From Thermodesulfobacteriota bacterium (lineage in GTDB: Bacteria; Desulfobacterota_D; UBA1144; Nemesobacterales; UBA2774), in the NCBI GenBank assembly GCA_965216785.1, contig OZ244197.1:1824001-1888000 (forward strand): a DNA stretch of 64,000 bases, read 5' to 3'. Within the stretch, counting starts at the first letter, position 1. Each line of letters starts with the position of its first letter. The position numbers and the translations under genes are program-made. The notes under the pieces were generated by a model, which was not told the DNA's origin, searched no databases, and worked only from the letters and a program-made list of their open reading frames with translations. Below, in pieces: positions 60,026 through 64,000 of this stretch.

Positions 60026-60730
60026 ATGGGAGGCGGTCCTATGCGTTACTTATTAATCTTTGCTTTGGTTTTTTTATTCATCGGCTGCTCGAAAAACACC
60101 CATACTGAGCACACTCCCAGTGAGACTTCAGGATTATCCCAAACAATAGATGTCGGACCAGATGAACCGATTGAGTTGTCTTTTCAACACAAACTTCCTA
60201 TGGAGGGAGAAGTAACTTTCAGGGCCCCTTTCGCAGTGGCTAATGTGCCCAATAACAAAGGTGTTTTGACTCCTATCATGATTGGGTTTTCGATTGACGG
60301 CGATAAAGCATCTGAATATTATGCTGAAATTCAAGCAAAGGTATCAGAAGGCACAAGGCCTATTTCGGTAGGTTTTGAGGTCACATCTAAAACAACATAT
60401 GGTGAAGCCCTTGAAAAGGTGCAAACTGAAAGTGTGGAAGTCCCCGGACAATGCATTGTAGGATTTGATTTTTTAACCGGGGGCACTATATCTTCCGGCG
60501 AGCTTGAATGTATGCTTCGTATTGTTAATATCTCATCATATCTAACGCGGGATTCAGGCGGAACACCGCTTCACGGCCCTCTTGACCCTGACTGTCATTC
60601 ACACTGGGGTATCGGAACAACAAGTTGCCACTGTGAAACTGATGATTGTTGTGATGAGGGTGAAAAATGTGTGTGTAATGTATCTAAAGAAACTCGTTGT
60701 AGCGGTACTAAATTCTGTTGGTGTGATTGA
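60026..60730 (+). CDS. Lipoprotein with Cys-rich C-terminal domain (likely start ATG 60041)
   Basis: GGAGG before MRYLL; lipobox FIGC; 10 Cys in the last ~45 aa. Confidence 0.72.
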   Translation: MGGGPMRYLLIFALVFLFIGCSKNTHTEHTPSETSGLSQTIDVGPDEPIELSFQHKLPMEGEVTFRAPFAVANVPNNKGVLTPIMIGFSIDGDKASEYYAEIQAKVSEGTRPISVGFEVTSKTTYGEALEKVQTESVEVPGQCIVGFDFLTGGTISSGELECMLRIVNISSYLTRDSGGTPLHGPLDPDCHSHWGIGTTSCHCETDDCCDEGEKCVCNVSKETRCSGTKFCWCD

Positions 60731-60740
60731 TAAATTAGCT

Positions 60741-60796
60741 CTCATAACCCCAAGGCCCAGGGTTCAAATCCTGCCCCCGCTACTAATAATTTCAGT
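60741..60796 (+). repeat. Degenerate tRNA-fMet 3' fragment (attR-like)
   Basis: CTCATAACCCcAAGGcCcagGGTTCAAATCCTGCCCCCGCTACtAATaATTTCAGT. Confidence 0.88.
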
Positions 60797-61097
60797 AACT
60801 TACCCCTCGGCTGCTTCAATCCTTAGTTAACATGTCAGTGTATTCGTCATTCACTTGCAAATTTAGAATAATTACTTCCTTATAACCCAAGGAATCTTAT
60901 TGCCCGTTATCTTGTTTTGCGCCTCTTCTCACATAGTGGCTTTCGGCTCGAATCTAAACTACCTTAAGACCAGATGCTGTAATTTAGGTGACACGGAACT
61001 CTAATTCGGAATTAGAAGTTGTATTTCAGCTTTAATTATGATAATTGTCCTGATACGTATTACAATTGATTTAAAATGATAAGGATAAGGTAATTGA

Positions 61098-62390
61098 ATG
61101 CTATCTGATAAGACAACAGGAACGAAGTATAAAATAATAGTTATATGTCTGCTTGTTATTTCGATCTACATTACGGGCTGCGCAAAGACCCGCGTTCGTA
61201 ATGCTCTGCCCGCAAATCTCGAGGATCAAGTCAAAGTAATAGGATTTGAAGATGTGAAGGGCCTCAGGGCCTGGGCGGATAAATCAAATGAGGAGTTTAA
61301 TCAAGCAGCTGTACTTTCTATGAAAAGAGAAGTACAAGCATCTGCCGAGATAGGAGATGAAGTTTATTACTTAGCTATAAGCGGAGGGGGGGCCGATGGC
61401 GCGTATGGAGTCGGTCTTTTAAACGGATGGAGTGAGGCGGGTACACGGCCGGAATTTAAATTAGTTACAGGGATTAGCACAGGCGCTCTACTAGCTACTT
61501 TTGCTTTCCTTGGGTCTGATTATGATAACCAATTAAAAGAATCCTATACTAACTCCTCAGATGAAGATATCTACACAAAAAAGAGCATACTTACAGCTTA
61601 TTGGAGAGATGCGTTATTTGGTGTGGAACCACTTAAGAAGCTGATTGCCGAGAACATCAATCAGGATGTGCTGGAAGCAGTTGCAGCCGAGTATTTAAAG
61701 GGCCGTATTCTTTTAGTGGGAACCACTCAATTAGATGCTCAAAGATTAGTAATTTGGAATATGGGAGCTATCGCCGCAAGCGGGAAGCCCGGAGCGCTGG
61801 AGCTCTTTAGGTCCGTTCTTTTGGCTTCAGCAAGCATGCCTTCAATATTCCCGCCTGTTTTTATACCTGTAGAGGCAAATGGCAGTACCTATGAAGAAAT
61901 GCATGTTGACGGCGGAACTTTTACCGAGGTAATGCTTTATAATGAAGCTCTCTCTCCTATTCTTTCGCATGTAGAGGATGTAAAAAAAATAGTAGGAGAT
62001 GATGAGGAATTCGAGGAACTTCTTAATAGAAAAAGAGTGCTTTACGTGATTAAGAATGATCAAAAAGAACCGGAGTGGAGTGATGTTGAAGACAGAATTG
62101 TTCCTATAGCCGGAAGAGCAATTGGAACTCTAATCAAGTCTCATTATGACGGAGATATCTACAGGATCTATGTTCTTACTGAGAGGGATGAGATTTCATT
62201 TAACCTAGCTTCAATTCCGGGGGGAACCAATATAAAAGCAACCAACGGAATGTTTGATACGGTTTATATGCAGAAGCTTTATAACTTAGCCTATGAGAAA
62301 GCAAAAAACGGTTATCCCTGGGAGAAGTATCCTCCTGGCTATAAGCCTCAAAAAGAAGATGAGGGAGAGCCGCCAGCAGGTGCAAAATAG
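61098..62390 (+). CDS. Patatin-like phospholipase, lipoprotein
   Basis: Lipobox ITGC; SGGGADGA, GISTG, ASASMP..FPP, DGG. Confidence 0.92.
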   Translation: MLSDKTTGTKYKIIVICLLVISIYITGCAKTRVRNALPANLEDQVKVIGFEDVKGLRAWADKSNEEFNQAAVLSMKREVQASAEIGDEVYYLAISGGGADGAYGVGLLNGWSEAGTRPEFKLVTGISTGALLATFAFLGSDYDNQLKESYTNSSDEDIYTKKSILTAYWRDALFGVEPLKKLIAENINQDVLEAVAAEYLKGRILLVGTTQLDAQRLVIWNMGAIAASGKPGALELFRSVLLASASMPSIFPPVFIPVEANGSTYEEMHVDGGTFTEVMLYNEALSPILSHVEDVKKIVGDDEEFEELLNRKRVLYVIKNDQKEPEWSDVEDRIVPIAGRAIGTLIKSHYDGDIYRIYVLTERDEISFNLASIPGGTNIKATNGMFDTVYMQKLYNLAYEKAKNGYPWEKYPPGYKPQKEDEGEPPAGAK

Positions 62391-62392
62391 TT

Positions 62393-63451
62393 ATGGGCAA
62401 GCTCTTATCCAGAGTCTTAGCTGTATGTCTAATATTATTATTCCTCACCCCTTACACGCTATCTGATCAGGGGTTTGATCTCGGATCTCCCGATCCAGAA
62501 GGCACGGTTAAGGTTCAGGCGTATTTTGAGCTCCAGGATATAAATGAAATTAATGATGAAGTTGACACATTTGAATTCACTGGCGTGTTAACACTTAAGT
62601 GGCTTGATCCTCGAGAAGCTTTTGATCCTGCTCAAGTAGGAGTGAATGAGAAGGTCTTTCAGGGAGCCTATCAATTCAATGAGATTGCTACCGGCTGGTA
62701 TCCTCAATTCGTCCTTGTAAATGAATCAGGTCTGTTTGAGATAAGCGGAGTTACTCTGCGAATAGGGCCGGATGGGTCATCTACTCTAATGCAGACAATT
62801 AATGCTACCGCGGAGGTTAATCTGGACTTAAGAAAATTCCCATTTGATACACAGCGCCTGGAAGCAGTATTTCAAACTATTGGTTTTAATAAAGAGGAAG
62901 TATTACTGCAGGTTGAATCGGATATTAGCCCAAGAGATATGATATTACCTGTACCGCAATGGGATGTTTTGGAAGTAGATTCATTTGTAATAGAGCGCAC
63001 TACACCGTATTTAGGTAAAGGAGCAGTTTCTTCAGCTTTTGTGGTTGGAATAGATGTAGAGCGAAGGCCCTTTTATGTAATAAGGCTTGTTGTTATACCT
63101 CTTATTGTTATTGTGCTGCTATCGTTCTCAGTATTTTGGATGGATAGATCCTCTCTCGGCGACAGGCTCAATGTCTCATTTATTGGAATTCTAACAGGCG
63201 TTGCTTACCTACTTGTTACAAGTGATCATTTGCCTAACATTTCTTATTTCACACTGATTCACGGGTTCCTGAACCTTAGTTACCTGACAATGTGCGCAAC
63301 AGTGGTGATTAATCTCGTAGTGGGCGCACTGGATAAGAGAGGAAATACTGAACCCGGAGATCGCGTAGACCGTATTTGTCGCTGGGCGTTCCCGCTCGTT
63401 TATTTTGTACTGCTAATTGTAATGTTTGTTGCGGCAAATCTTTTCTATTAG
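62393..63451 (+). CDS. Prokaryotic pentameric ligand-gated ion channel (ELIC/GLIC-like)
   Basis: Signal peptide; LKWLDPR, WYP, Pro-loop LRKFPFDTQ, pre-M1 Arg, M1 IIP-like Pro, M2 DRLNVSFIGILTGVAY, M2-M3 LP.ISYFT, M4 AFP. Confidence 0.9.
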   Translation: MGKLLSRVLAVCLILLFLTPYTLSDQGFDLGSPDPEGTVKVQAYFELQDINEINDEVDTFEFTGVLTLKWLDPREAFDPAQVGVNEKVFQGAYQFNEIATGWYPQFVLVNESGLFEISGVTLRIGPDGSSTLMQTINATAEVNLDLRKFPFDTQRLEAVFQTIGFNKEEVLLQVESDISPRDMILPVPQWDVLEVDSFVIERTTPYLGKGAVSSAFVVGIDVERRPFYVIRLVVIPLIVIVLLSFSVFWMDRSSLGDRLNVSFIGILTGVAYLLVTSDHLPNISYFTLIHGFLNLSYLTMCATVVINLVVGALDKRGNTEPGDRVDRICRWAFPLVYFVLLIVMFVAANLFY

Positions 63452-63682
63452 CTATATGTATCATTATCCTTGCCAAAATAATTAACGATTAATGCCAGTT
63501 AAACCAGAACCTATCACACCTACATTGAAGACACAATAACCGAATTAATTAAGCGTCGCGCTATCCTGCGGCAATATTGTCAGGCCTCACTGTCTAAGCG
63601 CCTATAATTTCAGTAAATCACCCCCGAGCTAATTACCTTCCAAAAACGGGTATTGAGATTATCACCCTATGCGGTAAATTTT

Positions 63683-64000
63683 ATGATGATGAGAAATTTT
63701 GTATCAGCGCTATTAGTATTAGCGCTTTTCCTGCCTACGTTTTTACCAATCGCGCCTCATGAGGCCGTACATGCGATGTACGACGCCAACATCATGCACC
63801 AGTCGGGTACGTCCCATAAAGAGGCCCATCACGAAAAGTTCCATTTGAAAGGACAATGCTTCTATATAGACCACGAGCATAACGATCATCACATACCGAC
63901 TGATCTGGCTTCATACTACAGCGATTTTCTGCATATTGACCTTAAAAACGCCGACCGGCACGATTTGTTGTCGAAAGTAGATACAAGTCAGGACTTTGAT
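63683..64000 (+). CDS. Partial His-rich exported protein (runs off the window)
   Basis: MMMRNFVSALLVLALFLPTFLPIAPHEAVHAMY...HQSGTSHKEAHHEKFH...DHEHNDHH...; 106 codons open to the edge. Confidence 0.65.
   Translation, partial: MMMRNFVSALLVLALFLPTFLPIAPHEAVHAMYDANIMHQSGTSHKEAHHEKFHLKGQCFYIDHEHNDHHIPTDLASYYSDFLHIDLKNADRHDLLSKVDTSQDFD

Noticed and set aside
61098-62390. CBASS CapV-type patatin effector
   Set aside because: No CD-NTase in the window, and the protein has a lipoprotein signal whereas CapV is cytoplasmic

Overview
Bacterial chromosomal window of moderate GC and dense coding. Gene content (glnE, carD, hldE, DUF1844, lipoproteins, outer-membrane proteins) suggests a diderm deltaproteobacteria-like organism, possibly Candidatus Dadabacteria (inference only). 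Most of it is housekeeping: pyk, pckA, gldA, priA, glnE, carD, trmI, rsmG, mtnP, hldE, DnaJ-type, Mrp, an orphan nuoM, folE with two PTPS/QueD paralogs, hemA-hemC, and a DtxR/MntR-regulated TroABCD-type metal ABC system with two clear operators. There are three intact tRNAs (Glu-TTC, Lys-TTT, initiator Met-CAT). Both ends look accessory. At the left, an AT-rich segment with a sigma-region-4 protein abuts a tRNA-Arg(CCT) gene cut off in the anticodon arm, so only its 5' half is present. At the right, a 954-bp islet bounded by a degenerate tRNA-fMet 3' duplication carries a Cys-rich lipoprotein, followed by a patatin lipoprotein tightly coupled to an ELIC-like pentameric ligand-gated ion channel and a truncated His-rich exported protein. 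Other oddities: a 3x45-bp tandem repeat in the carD leader, a DEDDh exonuclease-WYL fusion, a split MoxR/DUF58/vWA locus, a hairpin-dense intergenic region and a TPR pseudogene. All calls are by eye from motifs; no searches were run.
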